DNA of 61,487 nt, counting the filler, from Sphacelaria rigidula (lineage: Eukaryota), in NCBI GenBank assembly GCA_964200075.2. It is 6 parts of 6 records of this genome, joined end to end, with 100 filler letters (N's around TTAATTAATTAA, not from the genome) between each part and the next. Parts side by side here need not be neighbours in the genome. Positions count along the whole stretch, not along the records: positions 30,796 to 40,959 come from CAXNAA020007004.1; positions 41,060 to 51,223 come from CAXNAA020007005.1; 4 more parts are not named here. One strand, 5' to 3'. The translations under genes and the position numbers were made by a program. The notes under the pieces are model-generated. The model saw only the letters and a program-made list of their open reading frames with translations, was not told the DNA's origin and searched no databases. Below, piece by piece: positions 36,721 through 48,799 of this stretch (position 1 is its first letter; each line of letters begins with the position of its first letter).

Positions 36721-39700
36721 GGGACTGCTTTGAGAGCTGCAGCTGTATCTATGATGCGAGGAGCGTCTGTTCGAGTGGAAAAACTACTCTACGGTGTGGA
36801 CGAGGTTGTAGCCGGAGAGCTGCTGTTTCTCAGGAGGAGCGCAGGAGGATTACAAGGCAGGCATTGCCTGAGGTACTTGATGTTGTGGTGAACGCCGTGT
36901 TGGGTGATGTTAAGGAGCAAGTACTGGTGTAGTTGCTTGTTGACAATGCGGAAGCACATTATGAAGTGTATACCTGAATCGTTTCGTGGACGATTGTAGG
37001 TGGTTGTGGTATGGTTCCTGAGTCTGTGTATTTTGTTGCTCTGGTCGGCACGCATGATACATAGTGGTTTTCTGCAAAGAAGCTACTGAGTGAAATATTA
37101 GCATGCATGTTTGACTGATGTGCATGGTGTCTGGCGAAGGGTCAGATCAGAGTGAGGTAGTTTCCAATACACTGCTGTGTACTGAATGAAATGAAGCTCG
37201 TATTTTCTTGTTAGCGCAGAAAAGTGGAATAATTTTTGTGGCAGATACCGACTGTAGAAAATGGCGATCGATGCTGTTGGCGTGAAAATGAACAGAAACT
37301 GCAAAATGCGTGGGCTGGTATGTAAGCAGGTATAGCGCGAGTGTTTCCAGAGGTTGACGATGAAAGAAATCATTCGCGAATACATTGAACCTCGACTGTG
37401 GCACGTCTTTTGATGGCTTGCTATGTGTTTGGATAAGCACATGGATGGTGTTTCGCATCTGAAAAACGGAGAACGTGGATGGTGCGCCATTTGTCTGAAA
37501 GCAGTACCGCATATTTGTTCTGAGCTGCATCAGTTGGGACTGAGTCAAAAAGTGTGGGCACGTTTGTAGGCAAAGTACGGAATCAAGCTTTGAGTGCATG
37601 GTATGATCGAATGCCACGGTTCGAAATGGTGTTATCTTTGGCGCGTTTACTTTGTGTGAGTATGCCACGACTGGAAATTGCCGTTGACTGGATTATTGAC
37701 TTCACTGAATTTGATTGAGACGCTGTGTTCAAGTGTCGTTGTTCAGCGTTCTGTAAATGATCATTATCTTTGTGAACATGCATGGTCATGTGTCACTGAC
37801 AGGAAGGTAGCATGAACGTGCTCGTCGGTGTCTACTGTTTGTCAAAGTCGCTTGCTACTTCGAGTTGTGCGGAGTTTCGGAGGTGCTGGAGAGTAGTCCA
37901 CCTCTAGTACACGTATAGATTCATAAGGAGAGCAGGTTGATCCAATATGAACTTTGCATCATGATATTAGGTCATGAGATATTCTCTGGAGTATAACCAT
38001 GACTGCTTGGCATTATATGTGCAGTATGCTACGTCCGATAACGTAGACTGTGTGTTCGTGAACAACAACTGCCTTGAAGTCTCCAAGCTCTAGTGAAGGA
38101 GTAAGCCCTTGGAGCAGTCTTGTGACCTTGCTCTGAGTTCAGGAGGGGTCAATAATAAACGTTTATTCAGGGAATCCACTGGTTTTTGAGGAAGGTTTTT
38201 TGGCAGGTTGATGCAGGTAGGTTTGGATATAAACTTCGCATCATTATTTTAGTTCATGAAAGTATTTTCTGGAGTATGACTTATAATTACGTGGGAGTAT
38301 GTGTGTTCAAGGAGATACAGCATATCAAACCTGACAACGAAGACTGTGTGTTTGTGAACAACAACTGCCTTGAAGTCTCCATGCCCTAGTGAGGGAGGAA
38401 GCCGTTGGAGTAGTCTTGTGACCTTGTTCTCTGTATAGGAGGGGTCTAGAGCACCCTAGCACTACCTCAGAACCTCCTCCGCTCTACTCCTGCTATCCTC
38501 CTACGCGCTGCCATCATTCCAATAGGCTTCTTCCCTTCAGTCGCCTCGGGGTAGATAACCAGCGCCGCTCTCTCCGCCGCTTCCTGTCCCCCTGTTCTTC
38601 AACGTGACTATGGAGTGCGGCTTTAAAACCTCAATCCAGAAACGACAAGTTTCCTGAACAGATGTTTACTATATACTTGTCTGAAATCAAAACAAGGTCA
38701 CGGTGCTGCTCCAGAGGCTTCCTCCCTGTCACAGGCTCCATAGACTTTAAGACTTGAGCAGTTATACAAACAGCAATCTTCGTTAACCAGAAGTGGCCGG
38801 CGCACCTCGTGTGCAAACATCATATATCACGGAGTCCACTGATCATACTCTCAGACCCGTTATCCATCAACCAGCCTAGAAACGCCTGCTATGGATTTTC
38901 TCGACTGCAGTCATGTACCTAACCACGGTAAAAATGTTGCCCGGAGTCTACAAGCAGCATGTTAATCGTGTGATTTCACTCATGGTAAATGTGAGATCCA
39001 GGATACTATCACGAGGCTGTCGGAGGAAAATGTGGTGGATTAACTGATGGGAAATGGTACTGGTGATTCCCAGAAATAGTACTGAGAACGACGGTTCGGG
39101 TCGATTCTCGGAATGTTCTGGAGAGTGTTGGTTGTTCTTACTTTTGTTCCCGAATGATCCGGGAACGATGGGGAGTTATATTGTGGTATGCGGTATGTTT
39201 TTGCGGGATAAAACAGGAGATATTTGCCGTAGGTCGAGGAGGATTCTCGACGAAGATGCGGAGGCGCATCTCTCCCCTCCACCGTGTTCAGTGTTGTTTG
39301 TGTGCTTGTGCCTTCCTACCCGGCGGTCTGATTTGAATTAGACAATAAAAGACAACACTTCTGCTTCTGTTACTTCATCTTCGCCAGCGGACGCTGTGCG
39401 AGATTGCCCTTTACGTTTTTGGTTGAGCATTGGGTGTTCGAACCATATTGCTCTAGACTTTACCAAACAATACAGTACGGTTGTATTTACTCTTGTCCGT
39501 GCTTTCCTTCCAGTCAAGTACTACTACCGTGCAGTGAAAAGCACAACCGTCACTTCTACAGTCAGCTATTAGTACAGCAAGGCAGTGTTCATATTGATCG
39601 TCTTCCGTCACGCAGCCCACCATGTATTGCTCAGGCGATGTATCATAGTACAGACAGTCAGTACGGACCGTACACTACGACACGACAGCAGAGTGCTGCG

Positions 39701-40059
39701 TCTTTCTCGCGCGCCGCAGAATTTGAAATTATGCCTGTACACCTCAGAGAGAACGATGAGCACTGCGTTTCCAATTTTGACAGCGCGTTGATATCGTGAC
39801 GAAGACTACTTTGAAAACTCATGTGGAAAATCGCGCTGTTGAGAAAGTGCTTTTCTGACAGTGTGTTTTTTATACATAGGAAGTAGCCTTGAATGTGGTC
39901 GAGATGTTTTTGATGTTATGCGTGTGACGTGTGGTGGGGAGAGCGCGAAGTTTTTGCATTAGTACCATACTTATATACCATGGTCGTTTAAACTCACTAG
40001 TGTTTATTGAAGCACTATCTTCCAATATTTCTGAATTCACTGCATACTTGAAGTTTCAC

Positions 40060-40374
40060 CACTGTATGTGACGTGTTCATGACGTTTCATGTAACGTGTA
40101 ACGTGTAACGTCTAATGCACGTGTAACTTGTAATAGACGTTACACGTTACATGAAACGTTTCATATTACGTGATTTGAACGTTTGGGCAATTAAACGTTC
40201 ACGTTACGTTACGTATGTCACGTAAAAAAATTTACGTTACGTGAACGTTTCATTAAAAAATTTAACGTTACGTTCACGTTACGTTCATCACGTTGAAAAA
40301 ATTTAACGTTCACGTTACGTTTCGGCCAAAACGTAACGTGTAACGCTGTGGCGCGTGTAACGTGTAGACCCCTG
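40060..40374 (-). repeat. ACGT-dense subterminal repeat block ending in a hAT-like terminus (CAGGGGTCTACACG on minus strand)
   Basis: Dozens of acgtta/taacgt motifs in both orientations; ends ..taacgtgtagacccctg. Confidence 0.55.
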
Positions 40375-40517
40375 ATAAAAATTAATCTGACCCACTTTCT
40401 TTTGTTAATTATGCCTTAGAGAGCGCCTACACAAGATTTCAATACGCAAACACCAAACGTGGGCCAGTAACTGGCCTTCAAAATACTGTTCCGAATTTCT
40501 TTTGACCCTGTCACTAA

Positions 40518-40767
40518 ACGGCCAATACTTGGAGTTGGACCCTGAAATGTGGTATGGACAATGAGTAGGGCATGAAAAAAAATTACTGGCGTACACAATG
40601 TTTTTTTCTTCTTCATGAGTTAAGGGCAATAATCAGTTTTCAGATATCGGTAAAATGCTCCTAACTCATGAAAAAAAAAAACCCTTGTGTGCGCCAGTAA
40701 TTTGTTTTATTATGCCCTACTCATTGTCCATACCAAATTTCAGGGTCCAACTCCAAGTGTTGGCCGT
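40518..40767. mobile_element. Fold-back MITE, ~110-bp TIRs
   Basis: acggccaatacttggagttggaccctgaaat.. vs ..atttcagggtccaactccaagtgttggccgt. Confidence 0.85.
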
Positions 40768-41059
40768 ATAATGGGCCTGCAAACTGCAGAATCGCTTCTC
40801 GGCTGGCCCAGCTCGTAAGTAAATACTCAAAAACGATTGTTTTTTTTAAATTCCACCTAGTCTCTGCGCTGAAGCAGGAAAACTACGTTTCTTGGACCAT
40901 TCACGGTCAATAACATCCTACTGATAAACGGGGTCTTTACCCGGTATCGCCTCCACAACNNNNNNNNNNNNNNNNNNNNNNNNNNNNNNNNNNNNNNNNN
41001 NNNTTAATTAATTAANNNNNNNNNNNNNNNNNNNNNNNNNNNNNNNNNNNNNNNNNNNN

Positions 41060-42509
41060 ACCCGAACGACGGGGTCTTGATGCAGCCCTCTTTGCAGCAC
41101 GCCTTGCGTCGAACATTCACCATCCCATCCTCGGCGTGCTGTGAGCAGAACTCTGCCTTCTTGCTTCCCGCCAGCCCAAACGACGGTGTCTTGAAGCAGC
41201 CCTCTCTGGGGCACGTCTTGTTCTTAACATTCACCATCCCGTCCTCGGCGTGCTGGAAGCAGAACTCCGCCTTCTTGCTTCCCGCCAACCCAAACGACGG
41301 TATCTTGAAGCAGCCCTCTCTGGAGCACGTCTTGTCCTTAACATTCACCATCCCATCTTCGGCGTGCTGGGAGCAGAACTCCGCCTTCTTGCTTCCCGCC
41401 GACCCAAACGACGGTATCTTGAAGCAGCCCTCTCTGGAGCACGTCCTGTCCTCAACATTCACCATCCCGTCTTCGGCGTGCTGGGAGCAGAACTCCGCCT
41501 TCTTGCAGAACTCCGCCTTCTTGCTTCCCGCCGACCCAAACGACGGCATTGTAAGGCAGCCCTCTCTGCGGCACGACTTGTTCTTGACATTAATCATCCT
41601 GTCTTCGGCGTGCTGGGAGCAGAACTCCGCCTTCTTGCTTCCCGCCAACCCGAACGACGGCGTTGTAAGGCAGCCCTCTCTGCAGCACGTCTTGTTCTTG
41701 ACATTAATCATCCCGTCTTCGGCGTGCTGTGTGCAAACCTCCGCTCTCTTGCTTCCCGCAAACCCAAACGACGCCCGCTTGGAGCAGCCCTCTCTGCAGC
41801 ACGACTTGAGCTGAACATTCACCATCCCGTCCTCGGCGTGCTGTGAGCAGAACTCCGCCTCCTTGCTTCCCTCCAACCCACACGACGCTTTTTTGAAGCA
41901 GCCCTCTCTGCTGCACGTATTGTTGACGACATTAACCATCCTGTATTCGGCGTGCTGTGAGCAGAACTCCGCTTTTCTGCTTCCCTCCAACCCAAAAGAC
42001 GCCCGCTTGGAGCAGGTCTCTCTGCAGCACCTCTTGTTGACGACATTCACCATCCCGTCCTCGGCGTGCTGTGTGCAGAACTGCGCCCTCTTGCTTCCCG
42101 CCAACGTATACGACGCTGTCTTGGAGCAACCTTCTCTGCAGCACATATTGTTCCTAATATTTATCATCCCGTCCCCGGCGTGCTGGGAGCAGAACTCTGC
42201 CTTCTTGCTTCCCGCCAACCCGAACGACGGGGTCTTGATGCAGCCCTCTTTGCAGCACGCCTTGCGTCGAACATTCACCATCCCATCCTCGGCGTGCTGT
42301 GAGCAGAACTCTGCCTTCTTGCTTCCCGCCAGCCCAAACGACGGTGTCTTGAAGCAGCCCTCTCTGGGGCACGTCTTGTTCTTAACATTCACCATCCCGT
42401 CCTCGGCGTGCTGTGAGCAGAACTCCGCCTTCTTGCTTCCCGCCAACCCAAACGACGGGGTCTTGATGCAGCCCTCTTTGCAGCACGCCCTGCGTTGAAC
42501 TTTCACCAT
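41060..42509 (-). CDS. EsV-1-7 repeat protein (Cx4Cx16Cx2H, 38-aa units), 12 full units plus 1 partial, truncated by contig end
   Basis: Uninterrupted ORF of units MVNV-x4-C-x-(K/R)EGC-x-K-x-PSFG-x-AGSKKAEFCSQHAEDG, typical of EsV-1-7 domains of brown algae and phaeoviruses. Confidence 0.92.
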
Positions 42510-42720
42510 CCGTCCTCGGCGTGCTCTGAGCAGAATTATGTCGTCCTGCCCGCCCTAACTTGAAGCAACCCTCCTTGCAGCGCGCCTTGCGTTGAACGTT
42601 GACAATCTCGTCCTCAACGCACTGTGAGCAGAACTCCACGTGTCTGCAGGCGCAAGTGTTTGAGCCTCGTACAGTATCCAACGACGGCCGTTCCAAAAAA
42701 CACTTACTGCTCACGTTCAC
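42510..42720 (-). pseudogene. Degenerate, frameshifted upstream EsV-1-7 units
   Basis: HVEFCSQCVEDEIVNVQRKARCKEGCFK followed by a deletion or frameshift before ATG 42509. Confidence 0.75.
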
Positions 42721-42749
42721 CTGCTCTGCAATTCATTCCACTGCTCCAC

Positions 42750-43560
42750 CTGACGACAGTGGTAAAACGGAAGTAACATGCACCTGTGGTCAGTGTCAAG
42801 TTCCACAGCGATCGCCCTGCCTATCAGCGCGGCAGATCAATGGTATAAGCAGGCTGCCAACTTTGTCGACCTTCGTGCTGCTAGCGTAAATGCGAAGGTT
42901 TCCATAGAAATCAACTGCCGAATCAGCGCAGCGTGGGCACGTCTCCGAAAGTATTGTTCCCCACTCTACGATCATATCAACGCCCAGCTATCTTTGGAAG
43001 TTCGGCTGCTTACAGTATAGGTGGCGGAAGCTCTGTCGACCGGAAGTGCCACATGAATCGTACGTTTCGGGGACTTCGACAGTCTGCGCACTGGCCATCA
43101 CAAGTTATTGCTACACGTGGTTAAAATCTGCAGGAAAATCGAACGGACTGCAAGCCTCTTCCGTATAGAGCTGTGCTTTGAATGACCATCTGCAGACGTA
43201 CCGAAGCATCAACTGAAGTTCCCGGGGGCTTTTGTCCTGCAGAACGAAACGCGTCTTCCCAAATCATTACCGCGGACCGTCAGCCGCACAAGGGCCTAAG
43301 GAGGCTGGCTGCCTCCCCAAACACTATGCGGACAACCTTTAGGAGATACCTAGGTGGACTAGGAGCTCTACCATGCATGGGAGCGCGATGGAAATGGTAT
43401 GTCTAGGTCAAACATGCGCACAATTAGGTCACTGCGGCGTAGGCAAATGACATGTTGGAGTTGAGAAAAGGGCGGAGAAGTTCGAGGACACGTGGCGACG
43501 CGAAGACGAACAAGAACTGGACCGCCACAAACGAGGGCGTGATGCGTCGTGGGCCGCCGC
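42750..43560 (+). mobile_element. 5'-truncated RTE-clade LINE remnant
   Basis: YKQAANFVDL..VSIEINCRISAAWARLRKY..LYD..LSLEVRLL resembles the post-RT (thumb) region of RTE ORF2; stops and frameshifts. Confidence 0.75.
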
Positions 43561-44697
43561 TTGGATAACTACCCTTGCTGGCACAGTAAGAAAAACAGCT
43601 GCGACAAATCCAAGATGGAGAGGACCGGGAGAAATACCCGCTTTGTGCCTGACAAGGGATGGATGCGAGAAATTGGGCAAACATGGAAACTGAGTAGGCT
43701 TTAGTTCTGTATGCGCCTTTTTGTTTTGAATCAAGCTCCTTCCTCTCATATAAGCTTGTTTTCGTTGTTCAAACCCCACATCGCAAGGAGGTGAGTCCAT
43801 CTGGTTCATACGTTTTTCGAGTGAAATTGATGCCGATTTGACCGGTTACCTACTCTCGACGTGTAAGGGTTAAGCCTCATCCAAAGCTTCTTTCAACGAA
43901 AACATGCGTACTGTATGCGCCTCCTTCGCGTCCTCGTTGTGGCGTTGTGGCAGTATCCCGTCACGAGGCGAGCCTTCTAGCATGAGGAGAAGACGACAAT
44001 TTGGGTATTCGAAGTCTCAAAGTTTGTTTTTATGAAATGCAGCTCTTCTTCCATCATCAAGTTCGAAAGACACCCCAAACAACCTAATCAACTACTCTGT
44101 CTGAACAACAAATGCCACTAGATGCACTCATGATACATGATGCAGCAGTGGGGCATTGCAGCCTCTGGACACAGGATACTGCAGCCTCACGCTTCTCGGC
44201 CGGCAAGCTACAAGCTACAGGCTACCGCCCCCACTCCCCCATCATCTATCATCAGTCGACATTTGAAATCTTGTCAAACTTCCGACTCCGATTGTACTTG
44301 ATCAATACCGCGGATACGATACGGTCACCTGAGTCCTCGTACAAATATTGTGCAAAATGTTGATTACATTTTCATTTCGACACAGTATCACGTGTAGACG
44401 AAATTTACGGCGGAACGTTTTCCCCATCAGACCCTCAACCATGGCGGTTTGAAGTAGTAAAGCCCGCCTAGTGACGAGAGTGGCTCATATGGGGCACTTT
44501 CGGGCACCTGCTACAAAAATTTTAGGAGGCCCATTAAAAATTGTGCCAAATATGTCCGCGTTTCGAGCACATTATACGTTTTTCAGAACTTCTAGGTTCG
44601 TTGCAAGCTTTCCAAAATAGAACTTATTCAAGCCCAAGACACCGAATTGAGCTTAACCTCAACACTTTAGGGACAGGACCCCACTAACACAGGGTTG

Positions 44698-45006
44698 ACC
44701 CTGTGTTCGTGGAATGATAAAAAAAAGTCTTCAAGCGACCTACCGAATCACGGCGGGGCGAAATTTATCGACCTGACCCGAAGGACCAGCGCGGGGATTG
44801 TCGTCCAGTGTAATGCCACTGCAAAGCTCGTGTGGGGGCCCTATCCCTGGCCCGGATAAGTCTCCACAGATGTTGAAGTGCAGGGTGGTCGCAGCTTGGT
44901 CTTATGGTATTACTTGCACTTAGTATAGCGTTCCCGAGTTTTTCCGGAGTGTTTTTTCGGGTCCAAATTCTACACTGAAACGCAGTACTTCTTCCTAACA
45001 CAGGGT
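44698..45006. mobile_element. Possible MITE with ACCCTGTGTT TIRs
   Basis: accctgtgttcgtggaa ... ttcctaacacagggt; an additional aacacagggt at 44686. Confidence 0.4.
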
Positions 45007-47169
45007 GGACCGGGAAAAAACGGGGAGGAGTGTACATGCTACCATATCGTCATTTCACGAGGCACCAAACCCAGGTGGGCCGTGGAGAGACAAAACGAGC
45101 TACCGTCATAATTTCTGTTCATCTCTATGCCGATGACTTGCAGTGTACAGTTAACATGTATGTAGGAGGCGGGGATGAAGAAGCGGTATATAGGCAGTTG
45201 ATCTTGGCGGCTGAGAATCGCCCAGAACGTGCAAGGGCGATTGCAACGGTAGCTGCTGCTGCCGTCAGGGAGGTGTACTGCACTATACTTATACTGCTCT
45301 ATACTGTGTGTATGCGCGCCGCAAAGCTGATATACCCTTCGAAGAGAATTTGCCGCATGCAACAAAGAGGGAAACAGTGGCCCACCCCGACCACAAAGGG
45401 CTGTGTGGCAAGGTGATGAGGACAACAATACCATCCAAAGCCACAAGGGGCGGGCGGCCCGCCGGTCGCCGTATCCTGTTGAAAGCTCTCTACCACGACC
45501 CATACTGCTTGCTACCTCAGATGTACACCACCTAATGTGCACGCTGCACCTGAAAATAAGATGAAACATTTGGTCTTCGTCATAACCCTGCGGTTACATA
45601 CGGGGATTTTCACACGCCACTGTCAGTTTCGTGCACGCCAGACAAGTCATTCATAACCAGCCTCATTGATCGTTCTGGAGGCCCGGTCTCAAAAGGGTTA
45701 AGCGCGCCTAGAGAGCCAAAGCCTAAAATCGATGAACCCCTGTCTTTTCTGATCGGTCGTTAATTTTGTCTTCGGTCAGTAGTTTTGTGGTGCTTCCCGG
45801 TGTGTTTTTGCACTTGATTCACTGTGGAGAATTCGTGGCTTTCATCACCACTGTAGACTCCTCTTTCGTTCTCTCTTTCCCCACCTCCCTCTCCACATGT
45901 ATATATATATACATACACACAAGGTTCGCCTTCGGAAGGTTGGTACGAGCCTCCCGGGGTGACGCAAGTCGAAGATATGTTGTTTAGAGAAGCTACTGCT
46001 ATATGTACAACAGTGGATGTGGCTGTACAGAACATCGCACGCGTTATCGGATGTCGTTCGGGAATATGGGAATTCAGACGGAGCCCGACGGCGGAACCGC
46101 CGGCGTAGGACATGTGTGTCATACCCGAGGTGCCAAAGTGCGAAGTAGCTCTCGTGCCACAAAGACATGACAGCGGGAGGCGTTTTCGGAAAAAATGGAA
46201 TGCGTGCAACATTCTTGGCATGTCTGTTGTACATCACTGTGGCTTCCACATCGCCGGGCCTTTTTGTAAAACAGGGTGATTGTTTTTTGCGGCAAAACAC
46301 CCCTGTGCAGCGTGCTGCTGTTGCTTGTTCAACTTGCCAACGGCCTATTGCACGGCCTTGTGTTTGCTGCTGACCAAGGCCAAGGCAATGTTCAATTGTT
46401 TTCAACTGCTTTGCTCCAATGTTCGCGTGACATTGGCGGCATAACCGATGTGTTCGTGCTCCCAAATGAACGAGAAGGCAACAAAGAGAAACACGGGGGG
46501 AAAATACCCCACCAAAATTATGCTGTTTCAAGTTTTGCATGATCTTGAAAAGGTATTGTGGTTCGGGTTCCCGTTTGAACTTTTCCTTGATCTCAAGGCT
46601 TTTCTGGTTCGGGATCAACACCCCGCGGAAAAGCGCCAGTTTGACCGACTTTTGGTTGCCGGAACACGCCATAGGTATCAGATGACACCCAAACCTAAAC
46701 GGCAATGTGCCGATGAGCCTTCTCAGTGCGCTACAAAAAAAAGCGTGGGGAAAAATGTCTTGTCGTCAGAGAAAACTCGGCAAAGGTGGTGAAAAATGTG
46801 GAATGATACATGTACATATACACGTACTCTTCCCTACCCGTGCATGTAAGTAGTGGTTTGATGCCTCGCTTTCGTTGTGTTCATAGATGAGAGCTTCATA
46901 CTCGGAAAAGTGACGTCGGGAGAGATGAACCGCAATCTGATCCCGCAGCCCCCTGGTCTCACGATTGGGTATCACTGTGTGCCTTTGCGCAAGCAAGACC
47001 TTCTCAACCGAAGCCACGTTGCAGAGGCCCGTACTTTTCAGCTCTTTTTTTCTCTTCTTCTCTCAGTCTACCCCGTTCAACGATCCGAACAAATCAGAGT
47101 TCATACGGATTGACTCTCCATAACTGTTGAATGCGAATCATGTACCAAAGCGTCATCTCGCTTGACTCA

Positions 47170-47650
47170 CGGGTCGTGAAGGTGTACGCTTAAGGTCGTG
47201 CCGCACGAATCACGAACTGGGAATGTGTACATTCCAAGTAGTGCCACACGAATCAAGAGTGAAGATATGTACAAATCACGATTGCTGTATGAAATACTTG
47301 TGGAAAACATGTACACTTGATTAATTTCGTATGAATCCCACGTGGAGAACATGTACATTTCATCCATCTTAAACGAATGGAAGGTGGGGAACGTATACGT
47401 ATTATATCATTTGTATGGATCTAAGGTCGGAAACATGTTCGTATGATGTATGCCGCTTGAATATAAATGGGGAAACACGTACGCTTGATTCACCTCGTAT
47501 GAACGGAAGGCAGAGAGCACTAGGATGTGATCTTTGCTGCATTAACAGAAACTGGGGAACATGTGCGCTAGATTCACCTCGTATGAATGAAAGGTGAGCA
47601 TGTAGGCTTGATTCTTGCTGTATGAATGAAACGAGATCATGTATCTATGG
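47170..47650 (+). repeat. 42-bp period degenerate tandem array
   Basis: Units resembling aaggtggggaaacatgtacgcttgattcacctcgtatgaatg. Confidence 0.8.
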
Positions 47651-48094
47651 CAGAGTGATTCGAAGGTTTTACGTTACAGCTGTATGTTGTACGCCGTACA
47701 GATTGCACAGTACCAGGCTGATTGTACTATCCGCTGACTGCAGTGAGCGCTGCCGGAGTGTTTCCAGTAGCTCACGCTGACATGCGGGGATGCCTCTTGC
47801 AGTACGAGTGCTGTCTGAAGCTGTCCTCGCATTGGTTGACATAGTCAGGTCAGCTGTGCCGCAGAACAAAACATGGAACCTCAGAAAGACCATCACTACC
47901 ATAGCTCGGGACACGCGGTAGCTGGAAGACCCGCTCTGGGCACGCAGACGCATGTGTTGTACTACATTAGATGTGTCGTGTTAAGTATGCGTACAAATTT
48001 TGCAACTGGGTTTACTGTGGCTTTGGCTCTGAAGGCGTTCGCGACCTGCACCCTCTTATTTGCCTGCCATACCTGCAAGCAAGCCGCGTAACCG

Positions 48095-48490
48095 TTGAGG
48101 AACATGCAAGCACGATTCATGCTCTATAAACGAAAAGCGAGAAACATGTGCATTTGATCCATCTCGTATGAATGGCAGGTGGGGAAAATGTACGTAAAAA
48201 TCATACTGCATGAATGAAAGTTGGGAGACACGTACGCTTGATTCACCTCGTATGAGTGGAAGGTGAGTAACGTGTGCCCATGATTGATGCTGCATCGATG
48301 GAAGGGGAGAAACATGTTCCTGTGATTCATGACGCATGGATGGAAGGCCAGGAACATGTGTCGATGATTCATGCCGCATGACTGGAAATTGGGAAAGATG
48401 CACCTATCATTCATCCCATACGAATGGGTAACGTGTACCTTCGTCGGTGTACCGCACGAATCACGAGCCCAAAACATGTACGAATCTTAA
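48095..48490 (+). repeat. 42-bp period degenerate tandem array
   Basis: At least 7 units in exact register; minus-strand translation has 14-aa periodicity (HESSTHVPGLPSMR / HESQEHVSPLPSMQ / HQSWAHVTHLPLIR). Confidence 0.85.
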
Positions 48491-48639
48491 TCCCTGTAAT
48501 AACTGTATGATTGACTCGTACAAATGTTGGAGAGAGTAGGAGCACGATTTATTCGTCCGAACAGTGCTTCGTTCGTCTATTCTATCGTTTTGTTTTTCTT
48601 CCCTCTTCTTCAGCGAGTGCTTCCGTTCTAGTTCATTTT

Positions 48640-48723
48640 GGGGACGTCTATCCTATGGCCACGGCTGTATCCCTGGGGGGATTATTGTTAGTTGATGTGC
48701 GACAGTCAATCAAATTATCAATC
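48640..48723 (+). repeat. (CAAT)n-tailed dispersed repeat 3' end, copy 3
   Basis: ggggacgtc..ggccacggctgtatc..gttgatgtgcgacagtcaatc. Confidence 0.6.
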
Positions 48724-48799
48724 ACAGCATCATGGCAGTGCTTGCGATGACAGGAAGGTGCAGTCATACGATAGCATCTGCGTTCGCAAATCCGAGTCA

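Larger units (their letters stand above)
30796..38950. mobile_element. Mosaic nest of a decayed repeat family with direct and inverted internal copies, partly Gypsy-derived
   Basis: Direct: 30850-31790 ~ 37100-38040, 35460-35975 ~ 38450-38945, 32040-32145 ~ 38040-38150 ~ 38340-38445. Inverted: 32262-32352 ~ 33556-33645, 32160-32265 ~ 34220-34325, 32920-33770 ~ 36740-37500. Confidence 0.75.

Noticed and set aside
39019-39400. Solo LTR
   Set aside because: LTR-like composition and an AATAAA are present, but no confident TG..CA ends or TSD.
41077-42498. Long plus-strand ORFs over the EsV-1-7 array
   Set aside because: Antisense shadows of a tandem repeat.
45845-46705. 286-aa minus-strand ORF as a gene
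   Set aside because: No recognisable motif, runs through a (TA)n tract, and no consistent exon chain was found.
47170-48490. CRISPR-like array
   Set aside because: Units are homologous along their whole length with no identical repeat and unique spacer structure; no cas genes; eukaryotic context.
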